A stretch of 63,148 nt of DNA from positions 1 through 63,148 of the IMG/VR virus record IMGVR_UViG_3300046804_003073. One strand, given 5' to 3'. The position numbers were made by a program, and so were the translations under genes. Source of the stretch: a virus. Taxonomy: Duplodnaviria; Caudoviricetes. Numbering within the stretch: the stretch's first letter is position 1; the number at the start of each line of letters is the position of its first letter. Below, piece by piece: positions 29,526-39,478 of the stretch. The notes under the pieces are model-generated. The model did not search any database. It was not told where the DNA came from and saw only the letters and a program-made list of their open reading frames with translations.

Positions 29526-30103
29526 CGATATCATCTCTAGTTTCTCAGATGAGAAGTTCCAGGATTATAGCGGTTGATCCTGCATCGCATTCATTAGCAT
29601 GGGCAATTCTTGATACAAACGAAGATGGTATAAAAATTGTTGACTTTGGCAAGATCGATTTCAGCACAACACCAGAGTTATCAAATAAATTTAATAAGAT
29701 AAAACAAGAGATTCCAAAGATCTGTAAAGAATATAAACCTAGTATTGGTGTTATAGAACAATCTGTTTATATACAAAACTTTCAAGCAAGTCGAATTTTA
29801 TCTTATATTATTGGATTTACTTGGGGAGAACTTGATGATTACTGTGATTCGGTCACTGATGTTAATCCATTAAAATGGAAATCTGGTATCGGATATAAAA
29901 ATCTTACTCAGAAAGAAGTTAAGTTAATAAAAGACAAATACGGCTCTAGGGGGATACAGAAGCGCCTTAATGATGAAAGAAAAATTAGGGTGAGAAATAT
30001 TCTCCTTCAATATTTTTCAGATCTAGAACTTGATGGTGTTGACAGTGATATTTCTGATGCTATGGGTATTGGTTTGTGGTATTGTATAACTCATGGCTCT
30101 TGA
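29522..30103 (+). CDS. ruvC: RuvC-like resolvase
   Basis: 'IIAVDP', 'VIEQ', 'P.KWK', 'DISDAMGIG'. Confidence 0.85.
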   Translation: MTISSLVSQMRSSRIIAVDPASHSLAWAILDTNEDGIKIVDFGKIDFSTTPELSNKFNKIKQEIPKICKEYKPSIGVIEQSVYIQNFQASRILSYIIGFTWGELDDYCDSVTDVNPLKWKSGIGYKNLTQKEVKLIKDKYGSRGIQKRLNDERKIRVRNILLQYFSDLELDGVDSDISDAMGIGLWYCITHGS

Positions 30104-30392
30104 ACCGTATAAGGATAAAGAATTCCTGTATGAGATGTACGTCAAAAGACGTATGAATCTAACTGACATATGTAAACTTCTTGAAAAGAATTATAATATT
30201 AAAGTTACACCTCAGGCTCTCTATAACTGGGTTAAGAAATATGATCTTCTTAAATATAGAGGAAAAGGAAGAAATCTTAAAAATACCGCAATGAGGAGAC
30301 CTAAATCTCCAATGCAAGAGTTAGTTGAAAGAAAGCGTAGAGAAATGAAAAAGATGAATTCTATGAAAAAGAAGGGTCGTAAACCCAGATGA
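30093..30392 (+). CDS. HTH DNA-binding protein
   Basis: 'YKDKEFLYEMYV...TPQALYNWVKKY' with a basic tail. Confidence 0.65.
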   Translation: MALEPYKDKEFLYEMYVKRRMNLTDICKLLEKNYNIKVTPQALYNWVKKYDLLKYRGKGRNLKNTAMRRPKSPMQELVERKRREMKKMNSMKKKGRKPR

Positions 30393-31147
30393 GAAGAAAT
30401 GTAACAATCAATGACATAACTTCTTTTGCACATCTTGATATGATCTATAATCAAATTCGTGTGCTTGAGGCAAAACAAAACACAACAAAATACAAATGTC
30501 TTGGATCTGGCGAATGCTGTCGTATTGGACTCACAATACCAATGCTTGAGTGTGCAAATATAGCATTTAATATTCGACACGAATTTTATTTAAAACTTGA
30601 AAATAGCGGTGAAGAAGAAGCCAATCAATGGTTAAATGATGTAATTCAGTCACTTAAAGATGCAATGAACGATGATGACTGGAATCCTGGCGGTGAAACA
30701 AGTAGACATTGTGCCTTCTATAAAGGCGGATGCACTATATATCGATTTAGACCTCTTGTTTGCCGGTCATTTGGAACTATCACAACTGTTGATGATTTCT
30801 GTCCCCGAATAAGAAATGAAAATGGAGCAATAGACCATTATGGTGGTCCTGCTGTTAGGAGAACAATTGAGGACTATCAGGAACTTCTGAAAAGATATGC
30901 TGATGATAAAGATCAAAATTATAATTTAATATTGTATATGCCATTAGGAGTTTTAAGTTTCCTTCTTCCTGATGAAGAATTAATTGAATTAAGAAATACA
31001 ACTGATGACAAGTTTTGGAATGGTGTCGTTGGTTGGTTTAATTATCGTGTTGAGTTTACAAAAAATCATGGTTATAGCCTTGATATTCTAAAAGAGGAAT
31101 CAGATAAATCTGGTATTCCTATTGCATTTACAGTTGAAAAGAAATGA
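30389..31147 (+). CDS. YkgJ/FliB-like Cys-cluster (Fe-S/Zn) protein
   Basis: 'CLGSGECC...CAFY..GCTIYRFRPLVCRSF'. Confidence 0.8.
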   Translation: MRRNVTINDITSFAHLDMIYNQIRVLEAKQNTTKYKCLGSGECCRIGLTIPMLECANIAFNIRHEFYLKLENSGEEEANQWLNDVIQSLKDAMNDDDWNPGGETSRHCAFYKGGCTIYRFRPLVCRSFGTITTVDDFCPRIRNENGAIDHYGGPAVRRTIEDYQELLKRYADDKDQNYNLILYMPLGVLSFLLPDEELIELRNTTDDKFWNGVVGWFNYRVEFTKNHGYSLDILKEESDKSGIPIAFTVEKK

Positions 31148-32073
31148 CAGATTATAATTTTAGTAACTTACACTTGAAGAATTCAGATGTTCTCGATCTT
31201 TCTAAAGAAGAAAGAATATATAGATTAAATCAATTAATAGATGAGGCTTATAATATATTTGCAGTCGGGAAACAAAAATTTATTTATGATGACAAAAAAG
31301 AATTGTCTAAAGTTTGTATTCTATTTTCTGGCGGGAATGATTCCACAATCTTATTTTATTTATTTAAAGATATAGCTGATTATGCAATTCATATTAACAC
31401 AACAATAGGAATACCAGAAACTCATGATTATGTTGTAAATACATGTAAAAATTTTAATGTTGAATTAAAAGAGTATTCTGGATCACAAGAAGATAGTTAT
31501 GATAATTTAGTTAAAAAATTTGGATTTCCTGGTCCAGGACAGCATTATATAATGTATCAAAGATTAAAAGAAAGAGCCTTGGCGAAAGCTGTTAAAGAGG
31601 CAAATATACCTAGAAAGCAAAGAATTGTTTTTTTAAGTGGTAAAAGAAGAGATGAATCAAATTACAGAATGTACGCACCAGAATTTAGTAGAAGTACTGG
31701 GCATACCAAATCAATTGTTTGGATATCTCCAATAATCAATTGGACAAAAGCAGATATTAACTTATATAGAGAACTAAATCCAGAAATTCCAAGAAATTTT
31801 GTTGCTGACATGATTCATATGTCGGGTGAGTGTATGTGTGGTTCATATGCTCGACCAAATGAAAAAGAAGAAGTTAGAATGTTTTTTCCTGATTTCATTG
31901 AAAGATTAGAAAGACTAGAGGATGATGTTAAAAAAATAGAAACTATTTCTAAAGAAAAAACTAATTGGGGTTGGGGAAATAAATTAAAACAAAAAAATAG
32001 ACCGAATAAATCAATAGGTGATTTATGTTCAACTTGCGAATTCTCTAATATAGAGAATAATAACACTATCTAA
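31144..32073 (+). CDS. PAPS-reductase family protein
   Basis: PP-loop 'FSGGNDS', 'G.RRDES..R', 'SPIINWT', 'SGECMCG'. Confidence 0.85.
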   Translation: MTDYNFSNLHLKNSDVLDLSKEERIYRLNQLIDEAYNIFAVGKQKFIYDDKKELSKVCILFSGGNDSTILFYLFKDIADYAIHINTTIGIPETHDYVVNTCKNFNVELKEYSGSQEDSYDNLVKKFGFPGPGQHYIMYQRLKERALAKAVKEANIPRKQRIVFLSGKRRDESNYRMYAPEFSRSTGHTKSIVWISPIINWTKADINLYRELNPEIPRNFVADMIHMSGECMCGSYARPNEKEEVRMFFPDFIERLERLEDDVKKIETISKEKTNWGWGNKLKQKNRPNKSIGDLCSTCEFSNIENNNTI

Positions 32074-32119
32074 ACTAATTCAAAAAATTTCGTATATCAT
32101 ATCAGTGGAAGGAGGTAGA

Positions 32120-32251
32120 ATGCGCACCACCATTGAAAAGGTAAGCGAGGAAGAAGTCCTTGTTGCTGATCTTGGCAAGATCAAGTTGTACAGAATTGTA
32201 GAGCACGATGAAGAGAGTCCATTGGAGAGCACTAACAACAGCACACGCTGA
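32120..32251 (+). CDS. Small hypothetical protein (43 aa)
   Basis: GGAGG RBS followed by MRTTIEKVSEEEVLVADLGK... Confidence 0.45.
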   Translation: MRTTIEKVSEEEVLVADLGKIKLYRIVEHDEESPLESTNNSTR

Positions 32252-33284
32252 CGGATACTCATACGCTGCTTTGAATCTATCCTCAAGGCTAAGGAGTCAA
32301 AATATCCTTAGCCTTGAGGATAGCCCTTTATCCAGCAAAAAAATATCAAGCATCTGTATATCCGTTGAAGAAGGTATTAAATTTATCAATGAACCGACAG
32401 ATATAGATATATTAATTAACAATTGTCTTCCTGTTGATTATTCATTTGATGCAAAATATATAGTTGGATTTAGTTATTGGGAAACTACAAAATTACCTTG
32501 TAACTGGGTATCTTTGATGAATAAATGTAATGAGTTGTGGACAACCTCATCCTGGGCTAGAGATGTTTTTATAAATAGCGGTGTTACTAAACCAGTCTAT
32601 TCATTTGATCTTGGCGTGAATACAGATGCGTTTAAATTTGCTGACAGATCTAGTCTGCCATATAGACCATTTACTTTTATACACATAGGTAGCCCATCGA
32701 CTAGAAAGAATACACAACTTGTAGTTGATTCGTTCCTCAGGCTATTTGGGAATGACGAAAATTATAGATTAATAATAAAAAGCAATGGTCCACCTGATGC
32801 TAGATATTATATTAATAATATTAATTGTGGTGGACTATACAAGAGAAATAATATAAAAGTTATAGACTATTATTTAACAGATTTAGAACTAGCCGATCTA
32901 TTAGCAAATTGCAATTGCATGATTTATCCAACAAGAGGAGAGGGATGGGGTATGGCTCCGTTTCAGGCAATCGCTACGGGGCTTCCAACGATTTGTACGG
33001 ATCAAACCGCCTGTACGGAGTTCGCCTATCTTTCAGTTCCGCTAGAGGCTGAAATGAGCAATGCTAATCAATTTGGTATATACGAGAATGGTGAGTGGGC
33101 AAATCCAAAAATAGACGATTTATGTGATAAAATATTATATGTAGTAGACAACTATGAAGAGGTAATACAACGAACAAAGGCCGGCTCAGAGTTTATACAT
33201 TCTAAATACTCTTGGGATGCTGTTGTTAATAGTTATAAAAATAGGATCTTGGAAATACAAAATGAGCGAACTGGAGAAAATTGA
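32208..33284 (+). CDS. GT-B (GT4-like) glycosyltransferase
   Basis: 'YWETTKLP', 'YPTRGEGWGMAPFQAIATGLP'. Confidence 0.88.
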   Translation: MKRVHWRALTTAHADGYSYAALNLSSRLRSQNILSLEDSPLSSKKISSICISVEEGIKFINEPTDIDILINNCLPVDYSFDAKYIVGFSYWETTKLPCNWVSLMNKCNELWTTSSWARDVFINSGVTKPVYSFDLGVNTDAFKFADRSSLPYRPFTFIHIGSPSTRKNTQLVVDSFLRLFGNDENYRLIIKSNGPPDARYYINNINCGGLYKRNNIKVIDYYLTDLELADLLANCNCMIYPTRGEGWGMAPFQAIATGLPTICTDQTACTEFAYLSVPLEAEMSNANQFGIYENGEWANPKIDDLCDKILYVVDNYEEVIQRTKAGSEFIHSKYSWDAVVNSYKNRILEIQNERTGEN

Positions 33285-33864
33285 AGACGATGGCATCCTC
33301 TCTAAATTTAGGGATATTGAAGATGCTGGCATCATGCATATCAAAGGGTACACATATAGAGATATTAGTTCACTCCTTAACATATCAGTAAATAAAGCGA
33401 AGGAATATGTAGCAGAATATAAACAGATCATTCAGAAGCAGGCTGATGATGATCCGTATTTCTTAGAAAGAATTCAATTCAATACGATCAAAGCTCTTCA
33501 AGAGTTTGATCAGTTAAGCAAAGAAGCTTGGGAGACTGTCAATATCGCTACAGACCACGGAATGGTTGCTGTTAGAATTCAAGCATTAAAACTTGCTTCG
33601 GATATCGCCGGCAAAAAAGCACAACTACATAAATTAATTGGCGGCACAAGCGGTACTGACGGTGAATATATTGCAAGAATGCAGAAAGCAGAAAATGTTA
33701 ATCAAATCCTCTCAAAGATATTGAGAGATGTGATTTCTAAGCATCCTTTGATTGCTGAAGAAGTCAGAAGAGAGCTTGAAGTCGCTTTTGAAATTATGAA
33801 TGGCGATTCGCAAAATATTAAAACTGAAAGTTACGAGGATGCGGAGGTTGTGGAGGAAGGCTAG
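33262..33864 (+). CDS. Probable terminase small subunit
   Basis: N-terminal HTH, helical, directly upstream of the large subunit. Confidence 0.6.
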   Translation: MSELEKIEDDGILSKFRDIEDAGIMHIKGYTYRDISSLLNISVNKAKEYVAEYKQIIQKQADDDPYFLERIQFNTIKALQEFDQLSKEAWETVNIATDHGMVAVRIQALKLASDIAGKKAQLHKLIGGTSGTDGEYIARMQKAENVNQILSKILRDVISKHPLIAEEVRRELEVAFEIMNGDSQNIKTESYEDAEVVEEG

Positions 33865-33905
33865 GATTTGTAATACCCTAGCGCCCCCATAAAGGTTTAA
33901 AAAGT

Positions 33906-35648
33906 ATGTCAGACTTTATCGGAATGAATTTAGACTTCAAAGACTTTGACAGATTGTTGAGGCAAGAAGAACTATCTACTGAACCAGTACCAGTTGAGGT
34001 ATTTGTTCAGGATAAGAAATTTCTTGGACTCCCACCATTATCGCCTATCCAATTGGAAATTGTTCGCCATTCCACACAAATCTTAAAAAAACATACATTA
34101 CAAAAGTTGATGGGTGAACAGGCCGGTGAAGAATGGTATAACAAATACACTGATAATGAAGTTATATGCATGTTGGGAAAGGGAAGTGGTAAGGACCACT
34201 GTGCAAGAATTTCTATTGCCTATACAGCATATTTGTTGCATTGCCTGAGGGATCCGCTTAGTTATTACGGTAAGGCTACAGGTGTTTATATTGACCTTCT
34301 AAACCTAGCCGTTAACGCTCAACAGGCGCAAAGAGTGTTCTTTGAACCATTAAAGAACTTATTGCTTTCATCGCCATTCTTTAATGAAGTTGGATTTGAG
34401 CCAAGAGTGTCTGAAATCTTTTTCTTCTCAAGACCTGTGAGATGTTTCTCTGGTCACTCTGAAAGTGAAGGTTGGGAAGGTTATGAAGTTATGTCTGTTA
34501 TTCTTGACGAAATTTCTGCTTTCAAAACAGATGCCGAATTAAAAGGTGAAACCAGGGCTAAAGGATCCGCATCAGCAATTTATAACATGAGTAAGTTGTC
34601 TGTAATGTCACGATTCCCAGAGGTCGGTAAAGTTATTTTGCTTTCATTCCCTAGATATAAAGGTGACTTCATTCAGCAAAGATTTTTTGGAGCTCAACAG
34701 AAAAACGAACCAAAAACTTGGTCAATAAAAGCTGCAACCTGGGAAGTTAATCCTACGATTAAACGTGAGGATCTTGAATCAGAATTTATTAGAAATCCTA
34801 TTGAGGCAAGAGCAAGATTTGAATGCGAGCCTCCGAACATGGAAGACGCATACTTCAGAGATGCTGATCTTGTTAGAAAAGCATTTACTTATGGAGAAGA
34901 TCCTGTTGATGAAGAAGATGGTACTTTTAAAAAATGGTTTAATGGTACAGATGGGCATACAAGGTTTATTCATATTGACCTTGGATTAAAGCGAGACAGG
35001 GCTGCACTTTGTATGAGTCATGGTGCTGGTCTTAAAGAAATTAAAACATCTATGGGTGTTGAAACACTACCTGTTGTGAATATAGATCTTGTTCATTCCT
35101 GGGAAGCAAACCATGGTGAGGAAATTAACTTCGCAAGTGTTAGACAAATGATCGTTGATTTATGTCGTAAATTCCAAGTGGGTCTTGTTACGTTTGACCG
35201 CTGGCAATCAGTTGAGATGATTCAATCGCTTAGAGCTCAAGGTATCAATGCTGATTTCCACTCAGTTAAGAAATCAGATTATGATACGCTGATGACAGCA
35301 ATATATGATACTCGACTTCGTGGTTATTGGAATGAACTTTTGGTTGAGGAAGAACTTCTTAAGTTAAGACTCTTTCATAATAATAAGATTGATCACCCAA
35401 GTAGTGGATCTAAAGACCTAGCAGATGCCGTTGCCGGCTCTGTGTTTAATTGTGTTCAAAATATAGCTTTTGATACGGAAATTGATATTGAGATTTTAGT
35501 CCCGGATAAAGAGTGGGAGATAACAGAAGAAATAGATGACTATGGAACTGTTCGTGTATGGGATAAAGAATCTGGTCAATTTAATCCTGGTTATGGATCG
35601 CAAAATATAGATCATTCGTCTAATGAAAAGTGGATAGAGTCTATATAA
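33906..35648 (+). CDS. terL: Terminase large subunit
   Basis: Walker A GKGSGKD, Walker B 'VILDE', nuclease 'HIDLG', 'DRWQ', 'SKDLADA'. Confidence 0.92.
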   Translation: MSDFIGMNLDFKDFDRLLRQEELSTEPVPVEVFVQDKKFLGLPPLSPIQLEIVRHSTQILKKHTLQKLMGEQAGEEWYNKYTDNEVICMLGKGSGKDHCARISIAYTAYLLHCLRDPLSYYGKATGVYIDLLNLAVNAQQAQRVFFEPLKNLLLSSPFFNEVGFEPRVSEIFFFSRPVRCFSGHSESEGWEGYEVMSVILDEISAFKTDAELKGETRAKGSASAIYNMSKLSVMSRFPEVGKVILLSFPRYKGDFIQQRFFGAQQKNEPKTWSIKAATWEVNPTIKREDLESEFIRNPIEARARFECEPPNMEDAYFRDADLVRKAFTYGEDPVDEEDGTFKKWFNGTDGHTRFIHIDLGLKRDRAALCMSHGAGLKEIKTSMGVETLPVVNIDLVHSWEANHGEEINFASVRQMIVDLCRKFQVGLVTFDRWQSVEMIQSLRAQGINADFHSVKKSDYDTLMTAIYDTRLRGYWNELLVEEELLKLRLFHNNKIDHPSSGSKDLADAVAGSVFNCVQNIAFDTEIDIEILVPDKEWEITEEIDDYGTVRVWDKESGQFNPGYGSQNIDHSSNEKWIESI

Positions 35649-35807
35649 ACACAACGACCATCACAAATTATATGTGGGATTACATCGGGACTTATATTTT
35701 TTTTGAAAACAAATAAGATTTTTCCCTCTTTGCGTTGTTCCTTGTTCTGATGGTGGTATCTTTCATTACTGACAAGGGCGACCGCCCGTAGAACACAGGA
35801 GATAGAA

Positions 35808-36161
35808 ATGATTAACCTTTCCAAAGTTGACAATTTCCCTGAACTTTCTCGTTCGGGCAGAGTGAGCAACGAACTTCAGCAAATCATCAATGCTTTGGTT
35901 GATTCTTCAACTAATGGTGATCGCTTTGCATTGACTGGTATTGAGCCTGGTAAGGCTTATAACTCAATGCAGCAGCGTATTCGTGCTCAGGCTAAGAAGT
36001 TGAACCTTAAGGTTGTTATCCGCTTTGATGCCAACGAAAAGAAACTGTATTTCAAGGCTACTAGCGAGAATGCAAATGCTCAGACTACTGCAAAGACTGA
36101 AGTTAAGACTTCTGATATCAAGGCGATCAAGACTCAGACTAGCAAGCCTGTTAGCAAGTAA
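35808..36161 (+). CDS. Small basic protein; possible distant paralog of the 59-60.6 kb triplicated family
   Basis: Own extended -10 (TGGTATCTT), RBS and terminator; 'SRSGR...INAL...GDRFAL...QQRIRAQAKKLNL'. Confidence 0.65.
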   Translation: MINLSKVDNFPELSRSGRVSNELQQIINALVDSSTNGDRFALTGIEPGKAYNSMQQRIRAQAKKLNLKVVIRFDANEKKLYFKATSENANAQTTAKTEVKTSDIKAIKTQTSKPVSK

Positions 36162-36186
36162 TTCATAAATAACAATTAAATAAAGC

Positions 36187-36221
36187 AAAAAGTCCCGTGG
36201 TTTCTGACCACGGGACTTTTT
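36187..36221. terminator. Bidirectional rho-independent terminator
   Basis: AAAAAGTCCCGTGG-TTTCTGA-CCACGGGACTTTTTT. Confidence 0.85.
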
Positions 36222-36241
36222 TATTTTGTTATACTTATTCC

Positions 36242-37066
36242 ATGATTTCAATGGAAGAACAGAAAATAGAAATTACGCAAGAACAGATTAATTCATGGAA
36301 GCCTTTGATTTGCCTTCCTTGTTACGACAGACAAATGACTGAACCATTTGTAATGTCTTTAGTGCAAACATGCATGTTCTTTAAAGAGATAGGCGTGCAG
36401 TTTGGAATTAGTACGATCAGTGATTCATTGATCAGTCGAGCAAGGAATCAATTAATTGCTAAGTTCATGGCTAATCCCGCTTTTACACATGTTCTTTTTA
36501 TTGATGTTGATTTAGCATTTAACCATGAAGATATCCTAAAGATGCTTTGGCATGATAAAGATATTGTTACTGGAGCTTACCCCATAAAGGAAATAAATTG
36601 GAAGAAAGTTATTAGTCTTGCAAATTCTGGTTGCGATTATGAGTCTATTGCAAGAAAGAGTACGAGATTTGTAGTGAATGCTGCCAGGGAAGGAAGTGGT
36701 CTTGTACAAGTGGAAAATGGTGCGATTAAGATTCACGATGCCGGCACGGGATTTATGTTGATCAAGCGTGAGGCTTTTGTAAAACTGTTTGAGGCATATC
36801 CTGAACTAAAATATAAAGATGATACCGGGACCATAAAGGGTGAGGAATGTGATTATACATATGCCTTGTTCAATAGTTATGTAGATGAAGATGGTAGATT
36901 CTTGTCAGAAGATTACGGATTTGGTCGGTATTGGCAGAAGATTGGCGGGGATGTTTGGGTCGATCCTTCTATTGAATTAATGCATCTTGGTCGTTTTGAA
37001 TATCGTGGTAAGATGACAGAATGGTTAATGGAAAATGCATCAGAAGTTCTGCCGGCGCAAGAATAA
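36242..37066 (+). CDS. GT-A-like glycosyltransferase
   Basis: 'SLISRARN', 'LFIDVD', 'GTGFMLIKR', 'LSEDY.F...W...GG.VW.DP..LMHLG'. Confidence 0.75.
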   Translation: MISMEEQKIEITQEQINSWKPLICLPCYDRQMTEPFVMSLVQTCMFFKEIGVQFGISTISDSLISRARNQLIAKFMANPAFTHVLFIDVDLAFNHEDILKMLWHDKDIVTGAYPIKEINWKKVISLANSGCDYESIARKSTRFVVNAAREGSGLVQVENGAIKIHDAGTGFMLIKREAFVKLFEAYPELKYKDDTGTIKGEECDYTYALFNSYVDEDGRFLSEDYGFGRYWQKIGGDVWVDPSIELMHLGRFEYRGKMTEWLMENASEVLPAQE

Positions 37067-37231
37067 TTTGAAATCCATTTGGGATTTGGGTTTTTCTAGA
37101 AACCCATAATATCGCTCCTAGCGTATATTAAAATTTTGTTAGGAATAGTATTAGGATGCTGTGGTGTTCTTTTACCTAATTCATAATGTGAGCTCGCATA
37201 TAAATGCCGGCCTTATTCATTAGGTATTAAT

Positions 37232-37270
37232 CTCTTAACGTTAGAAAGTTTATCGTTCTAACGTTAGAAC
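37232..37270. repeat. Outlying pair of (C/T)TAACGTTAGA palindromes
   Basis: TTAACGTTAGA and TCTAACGTTAGA in the intergenic gap before the accessory region. Confidence 0.7.
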
Positions 37271-37490
37271 CCTTTCTCCTTCATTTTTCACAAAATTTCC
37301 CCGGCAACTCACAAATTACTTGCTCGCATCTTCCTTCGTTTCTCCGTATGATAGTGTTTCATTTGTGGAAGTAATACCGAAGCAAATCAGTCAGGTATTA
37401 TGTGTGCTATTGGCTCACGATTTATTGAGCCATTATCTTATTCATCACAACTGTTATGATACAAATAAGTCGCAGGAAAGGGGTTAGATT

Positions 37491-37871
37491 ATGAGTGACC
37501 TAGATAGAGCGTGTGACGAAATGGTTGGGAAAAGTGTTACCGTTGCCGGTGAGGATTACGGTCGCATTATGCGTTGGGTTAGAGTTGAGAACAACGATAA
37601 GACAATAAATGTGTTTGTCTTTTCATCTGGCCGGAAAGTTGAGGCTATGAGTTTGATTGATTATGTAAAGAACAAAGTGTATTATCCTTCCGGTATGAGT
37701 TCTGTTTATCGCCGGCGTAAGGCTAAGACAAAATCAACAGGTCGTCCTGTGTTTCCTACAAGCATTAGGAATACAGCGGTATTTAGCAGTAATGTTATGC
37801 CTCGACCTTTGCCTCACGAACAAGAACTAAACAATAAGCTCAAGAACAAGAAAGGCAGCAAGAATGTCTGA
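37491..37871 (+). CDS. Hypothetical protein
   Basis: GGAAAGGGG RBS; first gene of the accessory block. Confidence 0.6.
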   Translation: MSDLDRACDEMVGKSVTVAGEDYGRIMRWVRVENNDKTINVFVFSSGRKVEAMSLIDYVKNKVYYPSGMSSVYRRRKAKTKSTGRPVFPTSIRNTAVFSSNVMPRPLPHEQELNNKLKNKKGSKNV

Positions 37872-38412
37872 CGAATTAGGTTATGAAGTAATAGATGCCT
37901 CGCAAGTAGAGTTTGTGCGTGGTCGTCGCAATAAGTTGGGGAATGGTGATAACTTTATTCCTGCCCCTGTGTTTGGAATGAGTAATAGTGATCGTAAGGC
38001 TGAGTATCACTATTACAAAGCTCTTCAAACTTCTTGGAAGCGTAGGCATGGAGTTATGGAAACTCCTTACGATCATCTTATTGATCCCAGGTTTGAGAAA
38101 GAAGAAGAGTATGCTCGACTCTTTCCTGTGACTTTGACTGAGCTTCGCCTTATTGTTCAAGAAGAAGAGATGAAGAAGAATAAGCCCGTCGCTCAGGAAA
38201 CTCCTGTATGTGAGTCTTTGGTTGCTTGTGAATGTTGTGGTTTGGAAGTTGATGAAGATGATGCTGTTCAGTATGACATAGCATTATCTGTCTACTACAT
38301 TTGTTATGATTGCCATTATGATGACTATGTTATGTGTTCTGAATGCGAGTTGCCTTTCATTAATGATGAAGATGATCTTGAAATTTGTGAATCTTGTAGG
38401 GAGGATTTATGA
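37864..38412 (+). CDS. Hypothetical protein with C-terminal CxxC repeats
   Basis: N-terminal YEVIDASQVEFVRGRR matches the triplicated family; four CxxC pairs at the C-terminus. Confidence 0.6.
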   Translation: MSDELGYEVIDASQVEFVRGRRNKLGNGDNFIPAPVFGMSNSDRKAEYHYYKALQTSWKRRHGVMETPYDHLIDPRFEKEEEYARLFPVTLTELRLIVQEEEMKKNKPVAQETPVCESLVACECCGLEVDEDDAVQYDIALSVYYICYDCHYDDYVMCSECELPFINDEDDLEICESCREDL

Positions 38413-38584
38413 ATTGTGAATTGTTGGTTCTTCAAGTGGTGAATAAATTTGGTTGGACAAAACCATTTGCTAGGGAGTATGTGATGGAAAGAACATACAA
38501 TGGTTTATCTCATCAAAGAGCATTTGATGTAGCAATGAAATCAACTTGGATTCCAGAAAAGTTCAAGCCAAAGAAAGGTTGGGA

Positions 38585-38782
38585 ATGAACGATAGCGAAA
38601 AGCTCGAGAGTTTGCTCAAGCATTTGAAAGGAGATTATGAGTTTCATCACAGTATGGCAAACGCTGATGGGCTTCCTAATCTTGTCAAAATAGTTCATAA
38701 ATCTACATCTGTTGTCTTAGCCCAGGCTATTGAAACAGTTGATAGTGAGTTTGTAAGAAAAGATTATCGCTACGAACCGTGA
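38585..38782 (+). CDS. Hypothetical protein
   Basis: GAAAGG RBS. Confidence 0.5.
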   Translation: MNDSEKLESLLKHLKGDYEFHHSMANADGLPNLVKIVHKSTSVVLAQAIETVDSEFVRKDYRYEP

Positions 38783-38791
38783 AAGGTAATA

Positions 38792-39478
38792 ATGGCTACT
38801 TGTTGTTATTGTAATGGGGATTATTCTGATGAACGCTCTGAACTTGGTTACAAGTATTGTTTAGCATACGATTGTTCCAATAAAGGTATGCGTGAGTCAA
38901 AAGAAGAGTTTCTGAAAGAATACACGCCGGCCTTACTTCACAAATCAAACTATGTTTGGGTGAAGAAATCAGAACTTACACAAGTGAATACAAGAGCAGA
39001 TTTGGATTCTTGGTCATCAGATGACCATAAGCCAAAGGAAATTGTTGTGGAAGAAACCAACGAATACACGGAAAAAATTAAAAGTTTAGAGACACAGTTA
39101 TGGGAAGCAAAAACTCTCAGAGATAAATACTGGGTCGAGCGTTACGATTTGATGAGAATTGATGTTTGGTTCATTCAGGAAATTGAACGTGCTATTGATT
39201 GGGCAGAATCAGAAAACGACAATAGCGAATACATCAATTATCTCAAAGGAAGAGTTGAAGATGTTGAACTCAGATACAAGAAATTCAATCTTCAAAGAGT
39301 TGGTAATCTTGGCGAAATCATGAATAACAAGCATGGTTATTTTGATTGGGTTGTCCCAGGTTGGACTGATAAGTTTATTGTTCTAAATTCATGCTGGACA
39401 GTAATTGACGAAAATGGTGAAGAATGTATTCTTCATAGAGGATTGGCAAGGGCTTATGATAGTGAGATTGACAATTAA
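38792..39478 (+). CDS. Hypothetical protein with N-terminal zinc finger
   Basis: CCYC...ER.ELGY.YC...C. Confidence 0.6.
   Translation: MATCCYCNGDYSDERSELGYKYCLAYDCSNKGMRESKEEFLKEYTPALLHKSNYVWVKKSELTQVNTRADLDSWSSDDHKPKEIVVEETNEYTEKIKSLETQLWEAKTLRDKYWVERYDLMRIDVWFIQEIERAIDWAESENDNSEYINYLKGRVEDVELRYKKFNLQRVGNLGEIMNNKHGYFDWVVPGWTDKFIVLNSCWTVIDENGEECILHRGLARAYDSEIDN

Noticed and set aside
15651-35648. Inteins or introns in helicase, DnaE, RecA or TerL
   Set aside because: Lengths are normal and I saw no splice-junction or LAGLIDADG motifs.
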